A DNA stretch of 64,000 bases from Candidatus Binatia bacterium (GTDB lineage: Bacteria > Desulfobacterota > Binatia > UBA9968), in assembly GCA_046757725.1 (NCBI GenBank), contig JBHHYU010000006.1:13841-77840 (forward strand). Direction: 5' to 3'. A program made the translations under genes and the position numbers. Each line of letters opens with the position of its first letter. Positions within the stretch are counted from its first letter, which is position 1. Shown piece after piece: positions 8,625 through 19,326 of the stretch. A model generated the notes under the pieces. The model was not told the origin of the DNA and searched no databases. It was given only the letters and a program-made list of their open reading frames with translations.

Positions 8625-10199
8625 ATGAGTAACCAGGAAATCGGAGCCGCATGGGCTTATCATAACGGAACAAAACATTCTTATCAGAGTATCCACACCA
8701 GGCCCCACTACCTTGATTGGGATAACCAGCCGATTCCGTTTAAGGTCTATTCGCAATTACATCCTATTCCGCTGCCACAACACCTCTCATCGTCAGGGGT
8801 AGCAGCGCTTTCCGCCATCTCTTCCGATGGCTCCAAGCGAGACAGGCTCCATGTTTCCAGTAACGACACCCTGGCAGAGATTCTCTTTCTCTCCGCGGGA
8901 GTCACCCGGCGTAGACATTACCCCGGAGGGGAAATTCTGTATCGCGCCGCGGCGTGCACCGGGGCGCTTTATCACATTGATCTATACATAGTCTGTGGCG
9001 ACCTGCCGGGTTTAAAGGCGGGGGTGTATCACTTCGGACCGCATGACTTTGCCCTGAGGAAGCTCAGAGCGGGAGATTATCGATCGGTTCTGGTTCGTGC
9101 GAGTGGTAAAGAGCCAGCCATTGCCGGAGCATCCGCTGTTATTATCTGTGCCTCGACCTACTGGCGAAACGCCTGGAAATACCAGTCCAGGGCTTATCGG
9201 CACTGTTACTGGGACAATGGTACGATACTGGCTAATCTGTTGGCGGCGGCGGATGCCCGTAAAGTGGCAACACAGGTGGTTCTTGGTTTCGTAGATTCTG
9301 CGGTGAACCAGCTGTTGGGTCTTGACACCGAGCGTGAAGGATCTCTGACTCTTGTAGCGACAGGGGCTGTCCCAGCTTTAGTGCCTGAGCACTCTGCGGA
9401 TGTTCCGCCCGTAATCCTCGCGACGGTGGCACTATCGGAAAGGGAGATCCATTATCCGGGTATACGGGCCATGCATGTGGCTTCGTCTTTGGAGAGTGAA
9501 GAGGAGGTACGAGCGTGGGGTAAGCAGACTATAGGCTCGCCGACGCCCAAGCGTAACTGGGGTGAGAGATTGTTCCCGCTTCGGCCATTGGGCGACCATG
9601 AGCTTCCTCGGGATACGATTGAGGAGGTCATCTTGCGCCGCGGTTCCACCCGGCAGTTTTCACACGAGTCAATCACCTTTACCCAGCTCTCCACGATGCT
9701 TGACCGAGCAACTCGTGGGGTACCAGCCGATTATCGCTTAGCTGTAAGTTGCCCCATTAATGACCTCTATCTCGTCGTCAGTGCGGTGGAAGGGCTACCT
9801 CCCGGGGCCTATGTGTTTCACCGGGATAAACGGGTATTGGAGTTACTTAAGGAAGGTGATTTCCGGCAACAGGCGGGATACCTTGGCCTGGGACAGGAGA
9901 TCCCGTCTGATGCCAGCGTGAATATTTTTTTTCTAACCGACCTCAACACTATCCTGAAACAATTCGGTTGCCGCGGTTATCGTGTAGCTCAGCTTGATGC
10001 CGCCATCACGGGTGGGAGGCTCTATCTTTCCGCCTATGCTCTACGCCTCGGTGCTTCGGGACTCACTTTCTTCGATGATGATGTTACGGAATTTTTTTCG
10101 CCCCATGCGGCGGGGAAAAGCGTCATGTTTCTAATTGCGTTGGGTAAATCGGTGAAGAAGAAAAAACCTAGATCCGCACTGAAAGAGGATGTAATGTAA
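8625..10199 (+). CDS. SagB-type dehydrogenase (two tandem nitroreductase-fold domains)
   Basis: N-terminal AYHNGTKHSY signature of SagB-type dehydrogenases. 524 aa, consistent with a double domain. Confidence 0.7.
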   Translation: MSNQEIGAAWAYHNGTKHSYQSIHTRPHYLDWDNQPIPFKVYSQLHPIPLPQHLSSSGVAALSAISSDGSKRDRLHVSSNDTLAEILFLSAGVTRRRHYPGGEILYRAAACTGALYHIDLYIVCGDLPGLKAGVYHFGPHDFALRKLRAGDYRSVLVRASGKEPAIAGASAVIICASTYWRNAWKYQSRAYRHCYWDNGTILANLLAAADARKVATQVVLGFVDSAVNQLLGLDTEREGSLTLVATGAVPALVPEHSADVPPVILATVALSEREIHYPGIRAMHVASSLESEEEVRAWGKQTIGSPTPKRNWGERLFPLRPLGDHELPRDTIEEVILRRGSTRQFSHESITFTQLSTMLDRATRGVPADYRLAVSCPINDLYLVVSAVEGLPPGAYVFHRDKRVLELLKEGDFRQQAGYLGLGQEIPSDASVNIFFLTDLNTILKQFGCRGYRVAQLDAAITGGRLYLSAYALRLGASGLTFFDDDVTEFFSPHAAGKSVMFLIALGKSVKKKKPRSALKEDVM

Positions 10200-10283
10200 A
10201 GAGCTTATCCAGCAATAGCGGTTGAGAATTAATTGAGTTAGGCATTGATGGGGTGTATCTTAATAAAAACACGTAAGGGATGA

Positions 10284-10709
10284 GTGATGGCACGCACACT
10301 GTATGAGCAGCTTGGTGGTGAAGCCGCGCTGCGCCAGATCATAGAGACTTTCATTGATCGGGTTTTTGAAGACAGAATGATTGGTTTCTTCTTCCGGAAT
10401 GCGGACAACAGACGGATTAAGGAGATGGAGTTTCAGCTGACTGCCCGCTTCCTCGGCGCTGACGTGGAGTATCAGGGGAGACCGCTCGATGAAGTTCACT
10501 CCAAACATCCGATCATGGGTGGACAATTTGCCCGTCGACTTCAAATCCTGCGTGAAACACTTGAAACGTATCAGGTCCCCAAGCACATCCGAGATGCTTG
10601 GTTCGAACATACTGAGAGTTTAAGGTCTCTGATTACGAGGGATGCAGGCTCAGATTGCGATCCTATGCTTGCACGAGAAAAAGTCCAGGGAACCTCTCAA
10701 GACTCTTAA
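10284..10709 (+). CDS. truncated haemoglobin (2/2 Hb, group I-like)
   Basis: LYEQLGGEAALRQIIETFIDRVFED N-terminal pattern typical of trHb. About 140 aa. Confidence 0.75.
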   Translation: MMARTLYEQLGGEAALRQIIETFIDRVFEDRMIGFFFRNADNRRIKEMEFQLTARFLGADVEYQGRPLDEVHSKHPIMGGQFARRLQILRETLETYQVPKHIRDAWFEHTESLRSLITRDAGSDCDPMLAREKVQGTSQDS

Positions 10710-10798
10710 ACCGGATCTAAACCGCAAGGAAAGAATTTGTTAAGGGTGGTGGGGATGGCTGAATCATATGAAAGCTGGCGGGGTCAGGAAATGCCTCA

Positions 10799-11662
10799 GT
10801 GAAGATACGTGACCTTTATGACCAACCCGGGCTGACTCTCTCGATTGAGTTCTTCCCGCCTAAAACGGAAAAAGGGGATGCGAACCTATTAAAAGAGATT
10901 GCTGTTTTAAAAACTCTCAATCCCTCTTTTTGTTCCGTGACGTATGGAGCTGGTGGTAGCACGCGGGGGAAGACAGTGGATCTGGTAGCTCAGATCCACC
11001 GTGAGTGTGAGCTTGAGGTAATGTGCCACTTGACCGTCGTAGGACAATCGAAAGACGAGGTCCGTTCGGTCTTGGAGAAGCTAAAAGGGGAGGGCATCGA
11101 AAACATGATAGCCCTCGGGGGGGACCCGCCTCAGGGAATTGTTGACTGGACTCCGCACCCTGACGGGTTTCATCACTCGGTTGAATTGGTCAGGGAAGCG
11201 GTCACTTACCAGTGTTTTTCCATCGCTGTGGCAGGTTTTCCCGAAGTCCATCCCCGTGCCAAGAGCCGGGATGCGGACCTCAGATATCTAAAGGAAAAGG
11301 TGGATGCTGGGGCGGACGTTGTGATCACGCAGCTGTTTTTTGAAAATGAGGACTATTATCGTTACGTCGAGGACGTGAGAAGACTTGGTGTGCGCGTGCC
11401 GATCGTCCCCGGGCTTCTGCCCATCCTTTCGGTGCCTCAGGTGCGCCGCTTTACTAAACTGTGCGGTTCGAAGATCCCCCCCGGATTGGAGCACCTATTG
11501 ACGGGGGTTGAGGATGACGAAGCCGGGGCGGTGCAACTGGGTATTGACTATGCCTCGCGACAATGTGAGGGCCTGCTGACTTTCGGCGTGCCGGGGATTC
11601 ACTTCTATTCCCTTAACAAATCCTATTCCATTAAAAGCATTCTGGGCAATCTTGGTTTTTAA
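10799..11662 (+). CDS. metF: 5,10-methylenetetrahydrofolate reductase
   Basis: LSIEFFPPKT...SVTYGAGGSTR MetF signature. GTG start. Confidence 0.9.
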   Translation: MKIRDLYDQPGLTLSIEFFPPKTEKGDANLLKEIAVLKTLNPSFCSVTYGAGGSTRGKTVDLVAQIHRECELEVMCHLTVVGQSKDEVRSVLEKLKGEGIENMIALGGDPPQGIVDWTPHPDGFHHSVELVREAVTYQCFSIAVAGFPEVHPRAKSRDADLRYLKEKVDAGADVVITQLFFENEDYYRYVEDVRRLGVRVPIVPGLLPILSVPQVRRFTKLCGSKIPPGLEHLLTGVEDDEAGAVQLGIDYASRQCEGLLTFGVPGIHFYSLNKSYSIKSILGNLGF

Positions 11663-11849
11663 GATTGCCCAGATTTCTCGCTTCATTGAATTCCTGGCTT
11701 GCGGATAGTATGTTGGGCGATACGCGTAAGGGAGGACACGATTAGAAAAAGGCCGCCGTCTTCCATCGTACAATCTCCCCGTCGATTGGTAACGTTATTC
11801 TTTCTCCTTTGTTCCGGCTTAACTCAAATGTTAAGGACAGTCTGTTTTT

Positions 11850-13097
11850 ATGAGATATGAACTCTTCATTGGGCTCAGGTATTTACGTGCGCGGAGGCGA
11901 GAGACTTTTATTTCTCTTATCACGGTTATCTCGGTTCTTGGAGTCGCCATTGCCGTGACGACCCTTATTGTAACCATGGGGATCATGACGGGCTTTCAGG
12001 AACGCATATGGGACCTACTGCTAGGTTTTAACCCGCATGTCAGCCTTTCCAAGCTAGGGGAGGGTTTGGAAAATGCTGATGAACTCATCAGCAAAATTGA
12101 AGAACAAAAGGGGATCGTGGCTGCCGCTGCTACCGTCGAAGGGCAGGCCCTGATGAAATCTCGGGATCGGCAGTCTGGGGCATTAGTTCGGGGAATTGAT
12201 CCTGACCGGATTGAGCGGGTGATTGACCTTGAACGTTATATCACTGAAGGAAAACTAGGAGCCCTGAAAGCACCACAGCGAATCGAAGTCAACAGCCGCC
12301 ATGTTCTATTACCGACAATTATTCTTGGTTCTTCTCTCGCAGAGCTGTTACGTGTGAAAGTAGGTGATCTGATCCAGGTGAACTCCCCTCAAGGTCAACT
12401 TACCTCGCTTGGAGTCCTCCCGAGGGTCAAACGTTTTGTGGTGGTGGGACTGTTCGACTCGGGGATTCAGGATTACGACAGTATCTTGGCGTATATGAAC
12501 CTTCGAGATGCGCAGAAGTTTTACGGATTGGGTGATTCGGTAACGAAGATCGATATCAGGGTTAAGGATATCTATGCGGCGAAGACGGTTGTGGAGCGCC
12601 TCCATGGCTCGTTACCTCAGCCCTATGTCATCGAGGAATGGTCACGGCGGTACTCCAATATCTTTATTGCGCTTCGCCTGGAAAAGATACTGTATTTTCT
12701 AGTGCTTCTTCTCATGATAATCATTGGGGCTTTTAACATAGCCTCCACGTTAATCATGATGGTGTTGGAGAAAAAGAAGGACATCGCTATTCTGAAATCA
12801 ATGGGGGCGGCATACCGGAGCATCTGGAGGATTTTTTTGATCAAGGGCCTGATGATCGGCTTGATGGGGACAGTCTTAGGTGTGCTGCTCGGTTACGGAT
12901 TGTGTTTTTTGATTCAACAATACAGAATCGAGCTACCTAAGGGTGTCTTTCTGATCTCAACCGTACCCGTAAGTATCTATTGGAGTAATATTGCCCTGGT
13001 TGTCCTGGCCTCTTTGGTCATTTGCCTACTGGCAAGCATCTACCCGGCGCGGCATGCCGCTAGAATAGACCCCGTGGAGATTATTCGCTATGAGTAA
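11850..13097 (+). CDS. lipoprotein-releasing system permease (LolC/LolE, FtsX-like)
   Basis: N-terminal LRYLRARRRETFIS plus a C-terminal 3-TM FtsX domain. Followed by lolD. Confidence 0.85.
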   Translation: MRYELFIGLRYLRARRRETFISLITVISVLGVAIAVTTLIVTMGIMTGFQERIWDLLLGFNPHVSLSKLGEGLENADELISKIEEQKGIVAAAATVEGQALMKSRDRQSGALVRGIDPDRIERVIDLERYITEGKLGALKAPQRIEVNSRHVLLPTIILGSSLAELLRVKVGDLIQVNSPQGQLTSLGVLPRVKRFVVVGLFDSGIQDYDSILAYMNLRDAQKFYGLGDSVTKIDIRVKDIYAAKTVVERLHGSLPQPYVIEEWSRRYSNIFIALRLEKILYFLVLLLMIIIGAFNIASTLIMMVLEKKKDIAILKSMGAAYRSIWRIFLIKGLMIGLMGTVLGVLLGYGLCFLIQQYRIELPKGVFLISTVPVSIYWSNIALVVLASLVICLLASIYPARHAARIDPVEIIRYE

Positions 13098-13767
13098 TCT
13101 TCTTCAAGTCGAAGGTCTACACAAGTATTTTGTCGAGGGAGGCAAAGAGATCCATGTCCTCAAGGACCTCGATCTGGAGTTAGGTGAAGGGGAACGGCTG
13201 GCGATCGTGGGAGAGTCGGGAGTGGGTAAGAGTACACTGCTTCATATCTTGGGTACGTTGGATCGCCCCAGCGATGGAAGAGTGATCTTTCGAGGGAAGG
13301 ATCTTTCAGGGTTTAGTGACGCTGCGTTATCCAATTTTCGTAATCATCAAATCGGTTTTGTCTTTCAATTTCACTATCTATTACCGGATTTCAGTGCCTT
13401 GGAGAATGTTATGCTTCCGGCCTTGATCCGGGGTTGGGAGTGGGCGCAGGCAGTGAAAGGCGCCGGAGAACTCTTGGAAATGGTCGGATTGAAGGATCGG
13501 ATCAGGCATCGACCCGGACAACTCTCCGGTGGCGAACAGCAGCGGGTGGCCCTGGCGAGATCTGTAGTTCTGAAACCGCCATTGATCCTTGCAGATGAGC
13601 CGACAGGGGACCTGGATCCACGAATCGCAGGCGAGGTGCAAGAGATCCTGTTTCGCCTCAACGAGGAGAAAGGAGTCGCCATCGTTGTAGCAACTCACAA
13701 TCGAGGATTTGCAGCAAAAATCGGGCAACAGAAGGAACTGCGTGAAGGGAGACTTTTCTTGCTATGA
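13090..13767 (+). CDS. lolD: lipoprotein-releasing system ATPase LolD
   Basis: Walker A GESGVGKST, signature LSGGEQQR, Walker B ILADEPTG. Confidence 0.85.
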   Translation: MSNLLQVEGLHKYFVEGGKEIHVLKDLDLELGEGERLAIVGESGVGKSTLLHILGTLDRPSDGRVIFRGKDLSGFSDAALSNFRNHQIGFVFQFHYLLPDFSALENVMLPALIRGWEWAQAVKGAGELLEMVGLKDRIRHRPGQLSGGEQQRVALARSVVLKPPLILADEPTGDLDPRIAGEVQEILFRLNEEKGVAIVVATHNRGFAAKIGQQKELREGRLFLL

Positions 13768-13852
13768 TTTCGGGTATTTATTGCCTTTACAACAGTTCGT
13801 GGATTTGCTAAAAGTTGTTAGGAAGTGTTTTCAGTTAATCGAGGCGCTATCA

Positions 13853-16225
13853 ATGGGAAAGCCAGTGCTGACCTATAGGAGGAAGATCGTATTTTTTTCT
13901 CTCCTTTCTTATCTGATCCTATTTCTTTGCCCGCCGTCTCACGCGATGGGGACGGTGAGATTAAAAAAAGTAAGAGTCCGAGGTAATGTAAGGGTTGAAG
14001 TTGATGGAATCCAACTTCATCTTAAGGTTCGGGCGGGGGACCTAATTGACGCGGCCGCTATAGACCGTGATGTAAAGGCAATTTACCGTATGGGTTTTTT
14101 CGATGATGTTAAGGCAGATCTCTCTCCTGACGGGATTCTGACCTATGTTGTCAGAGAAAAACCATATGTTCGGGAGATTCGTATCCGGGGTAATGCTCAG
14201 GTTACCAGAGATAAAATCAATACCGCCCTCGGCATCCAGCCGCGCGTGATCATGGACCGGACCAAGGTCGTAGAGGGAGTTGAAAGAGTCAAACGGCTAT
14301 ACAGGGAGCAGGGCTACGTAAACGCTCAAGTGGCGTTTGCCATTCAACTTTTAGATAACAACCAGGCGATGGTACAGGTGGAGATTGATGAGGGCCGTCG
14401 CCTCTTGATCCAGAAGATCAGTTTCGAAGGGAATCATGCCTTCTCTGATGGTGAGTTGAAAGGGCTTATGGCTACCAAGGAAAAATGGCTCCTTTCCTTC
14501 GTAACGAACAGGGGAGTGTTGGATAGGGATGTTTTAACCAACGATTTAGCGATCCTGGCCTCTCATTACTATGATGACGGGTACATCAATCATAAAATCG
14601 ATGAGCCGGTGATCCTAAGGCATCGCGCGGGGATTGAGGTGGTGATTCGGATCCAGGAAGGAGATCAGTTTCGAGTGGGGAAGGTGGAGATCGGCGGAGA
14701 CCTGATTGAAGATGGGCACAAGCTCCTTGAAAAGGTAAAATTGACTACGGGGCAGATCTTCCGGGGGAGCCGTCTACGCGGGGATATCTCGACTCTTTCC
14801 AAGTTTTATTCCAGCAAAGGATTCGCCTTTGTTAAAATTGATCCGCTCACTAAAATGAATCCCGGAAAGAAAGATGTTGATATTGCCCTTGTCGTTAAGC
14901 GTGGTCCCCCCGTTCATTTCAATCGGATCATTGTTGCCGGGAATACGAAGACACGAGATCATGTGATCCGGCGGGAGCTACGCGCCGCGGAGGGAGAGCT
15001 TTTTTCCGGTAAAAGAATAACGGAAAGCAGAAATGCGTTGCGACGGACGGGTTATTTTTCAGGTGTGGAGCTGAAGACTAAAAAGTCCTCGAGGCCCGGA
15101 GCCGTTGATCTCCTCGTTGACGTCAAGGAGGGTAAAACGGGCACGTTCAGCATCGGTGGGGGTTATAGCGGTGCAGACAATTTTGTGGCTAGCGCTTCGG
15201 TAACGGAAGGAAATCTCTTTGGTCGCGGTCAGAAGGTTAATGCTAGTTTCAGTTTAGGAACACAACAGCAGGATTTTGTTCTAGGTTTTACCGAACCTTA
15301 TTTTCGTGATACACCCTTGAGTCTCGGGGTGAGCGCCTTCAATTCCAGGACGGACTTTACCACGTTTTCCTCTCGACGGACGGGGTTTGGTACGACAACC
15401 AGCTATCCTATAAAATATTTAGGTCTTCCATTTTTGAAACCCATCCGTCGGGATCCGGCCTCGGACAGCTCTGAAAAGCAGTATTCGCCGTTCATCGAGC
15501 ATATGCGCGGCGGGGTAGGTTATCAGCTTGCACGTGAAAAGATTAATAATTTTGATGACGATACCCCGGAATCGATCAGAGCCGAAAAAGGGTCTTCCAC
15601 GACCAGCAGTATTACACCGATGCTGTCGTACGATTCCCGGGATCAGGTCTTTAATCCAACGGAAGGGACAAAATCCAGCCTTGAGATCAAATATGCCGGG
15701 TTGGGAGGAGAAAACCGCTTCCTTAAAACGGATGTGAGGGTCCGCCGGTACCTTCCGCTCCTTAATGACCCGGATTTGGGAGGCGCTTATACCCTTGCGT
15801 TGGGTGGAAATCTCGGCTATGGCGTCGGATTTGAGAGGCGCGTGAACGGGAAAAAAGATCTGCCGATTTTTGAACGTTATTTTCCAGGTGGCGCTGGCTC
15901 GGTGCGTGGATTTGAGGCGAGAAGTCTGGGTCCCCAGGACGATGGAGACTCCGTGGGCGGAGACAAACAGGCCATCCTCAACGCTGAGCTATTTTTTCCG
16001 ATTCTGGAGGAACATGGGCTTCGAGGCGTAGCCTTTTTTGATACCGGGCAAGCATTTGCGGAGTCCCAGAGTTTTAATTTAAGCGACTTCAGAAGGTCGG
16101 TAGGCGTAGGGGGCCGTTGGCTTTCTCCTTTCGGTCCGATCAGTATTGATTTGGGGTTTCCTCTCAATAAACAATCGGGCGACGACACCTCGGTTGTCAG
16201 TTTTTCCGCGGGCGGTCAACGTTAA
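13853..16225 (+). CDS. bamA: outer-membrane protein assembly factor BamA
   Basis: Signal peptide, POTRA repeats and a C-terminal beta-barrel. Start moved from the track ORF (13709) to the ATG at 13853 (MGKPVLTYRRKIVFFSLL). Followed by skp-lpxD-fabZ-lpxA. Confidence 0.9.
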   Translation: MGKPVLTYRRKIVFFSLLSYLILFLCPPSHAMGTVRLKKVRVRGNVRVEVDGIQLHLKVRAGDLIDAAAIDRDVKAIYRMGFFDDVKADLSPDGILTYVVREKPYVREIRIRGNAQVTRDKINTALGIQPRVIMDRTKVVEGVERVKRLYREQGYVNAQVAFAIQLLDNNQAMVQVEIDEGRRLLIQKISFEGNHAFSDGELKGLMATKEKWLLSFVTNRGVLDRDVLTNDLAILASHYYDDGYINHKIDEPVILRHRAGIEVVIRIQEGDQFRVGKVEIGGDLIEDGHKLLEKVKLTTGQIFRGSRLRGDISTLSKFYSSKGFAFVKIDPLTKMNPGKKDVDIALVVKRGPPVHFNRIIVAGNTKTRDHVIRRELRAAEGELFSGKRITESRNALRRTGYFSGVELKTKKSSRPGAVDLLVDVKEGKTGTFSIGGGYSGADNFVASASVTEGNLFGRGQKVNASFSLGTQQQDFVLGFTEPYFRDTPLSLGVSAFNSRTDFTTFSSRRTGFGTTTSYPIKYLGLPFLKPIRRDPASDSSEKQYSPFIEHMRGGVGYQLAREKINNFDDDTPESIRAEKGSSTTSSITPMLSYDSRDQVFNPTEGTKSSLEIKYAGLGGENRFLKTDVRVRRYLPLLNDPDLGGAYTLALGGNLGYGVGFERRVNGKKDLPIFERYFPGGAGSVRGFEARSLGPQDDGDSVGGDKQAILNAELFFPILEEHGLRGVAFFDTGQAFAESQSFNLSDFRRSVGVGGRWLSPFGPISIDLGFPLNKQSGDDTSVVSFSAGGQR

Positions 16226-16265
16226 GTTGAACCTTTCTCAATTCTTCTTTTATCTGGAGGTATAT

Positions 16266-16802
16266 GTGAAAAAGTGTCTAGTGTTGTTTTTCTTAGTTCT
16301 ATTCGTAACCCCGTTATGGGCGCAGGAGTCGGTTAAACCCATCAAAATCGGTGTTGTTGATATCCAAAAAGCAATTCGGGAATCCGAAGCAGGAAAAAAA
16401 GCAAAACAGACATTTCGCGCACGGGTAAAAAGAACGGAGGCACGGCTTCTTAAGGAAAAACAGGAAGTAGAGCGATTGCAGAATGAGTTTCAGAAGAAGA
16501 GTCCTCTTCTAAAAGATGAAGAGAGGCAAACTCTCGGGAGGAACATTCAAAAGCGACAGCGCGGTTACGAGCTTAACATGCGTGACTCCCAACAAGAGTT
16601 GCGGCAGCGGGAAGCGGACATGACACGAAAGATCCTGAAGGCGCTGCATGCGGTTATTATGGAGTTAGGGAAGCGCAATAAATTTACTCTTATTGTGGAA
16701 CGTTCCCAGATTCCTTATGCGGATGGTAGCATCGACATTACCGACCAGATCATAAAGATGTACAATGATCAGACCGCTTCAAAAGGTTCCAAGGGAAAGT
16801 GA
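16266..16802 (+). CDS. skp: periplasmic chaperone Skp/OmpH
   Basis: Signal peptide, then a Lys/Glu/Gln-rich coiled coil. GTG start at 16266 ([13 protein letters not shown]). Confidence 0.8.
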   Translation: MKKCLVLFFLVLFVTPLWAQESVKPIKIGVVDIQKAIRESEAGKKAKQTFRARVKRTEARLLKEKQEVERLQNEFQKKSPLLKDEERQTLGRNIQKRQRGYELNMRDSQQELRQREADMTRKILKALHAVIMELGKRNKFTLIVERSQIPYADGSIDITDQIIKMYNDQTASKGSKGK

Positions 16803-17875
16803 ACAGCCAACGGAAGACCCTTTCTGAACTGGCTCAGCTTGTTGGTGGTCGAGTCGTCGGGGATGAAAATGTTGAAATACAGCGAGTCGTATCCATTGAA
16901 CATGCGGAGCATGGAGATATTACCTTTGTCGCACATCCACGTTATCGGTCCTATTTGGCCGGCTGTGGAGCGAGTGCTATCATTGTTGGACCGGAGGTCC
17001 CGCTCGCCTCGTTAGAAGAAGCAGGAAAAGGTTTTCTTCAAGTCTCCCAGCCTTATCTCGCCTTTGCTAGGATTCTCCAGTTATTTACGCCAGGCCCGGT
17101 CTACGACGGTCAGGTCAGTGCCCAGGCTAGTATTGATCCTACCGCTGTTCTCGCGGAACGGGTTACGGTATTTCCGAACGTTTATGTAGGAAAGGGAGCC
17201 AGCGTCGGTCGTGGCAGCGTCCTTTTTCCTGGTGTGTATCTGGGGGAAGAAGTGGAGGTAGGAGAAGAATGCGTGCTACACGCACAAGTCACGGTAAGGG
17301 AGCGTTGTCGTATCGGGAATCGCGTTATTCTACATCCCGGCGTAGTTATTGGCAGTGACGGTTTCGGTTACGCCGGTGAGGGGGAAGAAAGGGTCAAGAT
17401 ACCGCAAGTGGGAGCCGTTGACGTTGAGGATGATGTAGAGATCGGGGCCAACACGACGATCGATCGCGGTACACTTGGGAAGACCGTTGTCGGTCGCGGG
17501 ACAAAAATAGATAACCTAGTACAAATTGCTCACAACGTAGTTGTTGGTGAACATACGATCATTGCAGCTCAGGCAGGGATTGCCGGAAGCACGCGGATTG
17601 GTAATGACGTGGTTCTAGCCGGGCAGGTAGGTGTCGTCAATCATATCGAGATTGGCGACAAGGTGACGATTGGGCCGCAATCCGGTGTCCCCCATTCGGT
17701 TCCTTCTGGTAGCTTGCTCTCGGGGGGATTGGCAGCGGCCCCGCATCTGGAGTGGTTAAAGGTCGTTACGATGCTCCCTCGTCTGCCAAAATTGTGGGCG
17801 ACCCTCCGGCATCTGGAGCGGAAGGTTTCACGTTTGGAGGACGTGAAAAAAAAAGGAGTCAAGACCCATGCTTGA
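16799..17875 (+). CDS. lpxD: UDP-3-O-acylglucosamine N-acyltransferase
   Basis: Left-handed beta-helix hexapeptide repeats. Conserved lpxD-fabZ-lpxA order. Confidence 0.9.
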   Translation: MNSQRKTLSELAQLVGGRVVGDENVEIQRVVSIEHAEHGDITFVAHPRYRSYLAGCGASAIIVGPEVPLASLEEAGKGFLQVSQPYLAFARILQLFTPGPVYDGQVSAQASIDPTAVLAERVTVFPNVYVGKGASVGRGSVLFPGVYLGEEVEVGEECVLHAQVTVRERCRIGNRVILHPGVVIGSDGFGYAGEGEERVKIPQVGAVDVEDDVEIGANTTIDRGTLGKTVVGRGTKIDNLVQIAHNVVVGEHTIIAAQAGIAGSTRIGNDVVLAGQVGVVNHIEIGDKVTIGPQSGVPHSVPSGSLLSGGLAAAPHLEWLKVVTMLPRLPKLWATLRHLERKVSRLEDVKKKGVKTHA

Positions 17876-18305
17876 CGTTAAGGAGATCTTTGCTTCTCTT
17901 CCTCATCGCTATCCCTTTCTTCTGGTAGACCGGATTCTGGAGATGGAAGCGAACCAGAGAATCGTTGGTATCAAAAACGTCACCTTTAATGAAGGTTTTT
18001 TTCAGGGCCATTTTCCTGGTCGCCCTGTGATGCCCGGCGTCCTAGTATGTGAGGCCTTGGCGCAGGTGGGAGCGATTCTTGCTTTTTCTTCCAGAGGTGG
18101 CAAGGACGGTCAAAGGGTTTTTGTGCTGACCGGGCTGGATCGAGTGAGGTTCAAACGGCCGGTTGAGCCTGGAGACCAATTACGCTTGGAATTGACCCGT
18201 GTGAAGCGGCGTGGCTCTTTCTGGAAGATGAGGGGAGAAGCCACTGTGGATGGGCAGATGGTAGCCTTTGCAGAGATCTCGGCCATGGAGGTGCCCATGG
18301 ACTAA
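17868..18305 (+). CDS. fabZ: 3-hydroxyacyl-ACP dehydratase FabZ
   Basis: [13 protein letters not shown]...[13 protein letters not shown]. Confidence 0.9.
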   Translation: MLDVKEIFASLPHRYPFLLVDRILEMEANQRIVGIKNVTFNEGFFQGHFPGRPVMPGVLVCEALAQVGAILAFSSRGGKDGQRVFVLTGLDRVRFKRPVEPGDQLRLELTRVKRRGSFWKMRGEATVDGQMVAFAEISAMEVPMD

Positions 18306-18333
18306 GTCCGTGCATTCTGAGGATGGGTGGAGA

Positions 18334-19110
18334 ATGACTAAGATCCATGAATCGGCATTGGTAGATCCTCAGGCAGAGTTGGATCTGGATGTGGAGGTGG
18401 GCGCGTACACGATCATCGGTCCGAAGGTTAAAATCGGCCGGGGGACAAAGATCAAATCCCATGTTGTGCTGGAAGGAAATACAACCGTCGGAGAAAATAA
18501 CGTTTTCTTCCAGTTTGCAACGGTGGGCTCGATTCCGCAGGACCTCAAGTACAAGGGAGAGGATAGCCGTCTCATCATCGGGAATCAGAACACCGTCAGA
18601 GAATTTGTTTCGCTGAATCCAGGAACCACAGGTGGTGGCATGGTAACCCGCGTCGGGAACGGTAATCTTTTAATGATGTACTGCCACATAGCTCATGATT
18701 GTATTCTGGGGAACCAAAGTATCATTGCGAATGCCGCCACCCTCGGCGGTCATGTTACGATCGAAGACAATGTTATTGTTGGAGGGCTTGTCGGTATTCA
18801 CCAGTTTATAACGGTAGGGACAAATGCTATCTTGGGAGCGGGCTCAATGGTTTCCAAGGATATTCCTCCATATTGTAACGCTACGGGAGATCGGGCGAGG
18901 CTGCGGGGACTGAATCTGGAGGGACTCAAACGTCGCGGATTTAACAAGGAACAGATAAACGGTTTAAAAAGAGCCTACCGGATCATTTTTCAATCCGGGT
19001 TGAGAACCCACGAGGCGCTGAAAAAGGTAAGGCAGGAAGTTCCGAAGTCTCCTGAAGTGGAGTATCTGGCTGCTTTTATCGAGCGGTCTCAGAGAGGGGT
19101 TTGTCGATAG
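18334..19110 (+). CDS. lpxA: UDP-N-acetylglucosamine acyltransferase
   Basis: MTKIHESALVDP start and hexapeptide repeats. Start moved from the track ORF (18268) to the ATG at 18334 (MTKIHE). Confidence 0.9.
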   Translation: MTKIHESALVDPQAELDLDVEVGAYTIIGPKVKIGRGTKIKSHVVLEGNTTVGENNVFFQFATVGSIPQDLKYKGEDSRLIIGNQNTVREFVSLNPGTTGGGMVTRVGNGNLLMMYCHIAHDCILGNQSIIANAATLGGHVTIEDNVIVGGLVGIHQFITVGTNAILGAGSMVSKDIPPYCNATGDRARLRGLNLEGLKRRGFNKEQINGLKRAYRIIFQSGLRTHEALKKVRQEVPKSPEVEYLAAFIERSQRGVCR

Positions 19111-19326
19111 ACCAGACCCTGGGTAATGGTTAAGAGTGAGGGTCAGATCGTACAATCCGTTTACCCCGGCCCGAGCATCCAGTTGTTTCCGCTCGCTTAA
19201 GTTGTTTAAGCTCTTTAGGTTGTTCGATTCGTTTAGCTGGTTCCCCGTGGTGCTTTAGTCCAGCGGTTCGACCCATTACAACCTAGACTACTCGGATGGC
19301 CTGAACGAGTTAAACGTCAACTTTTT

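Noticed and set aside
19255-19285. GGTTCGAcc string resembling a tRNA T-loop
   Set aside because: No acceptor or anticodon stem could be built around it. No tRNA is called.
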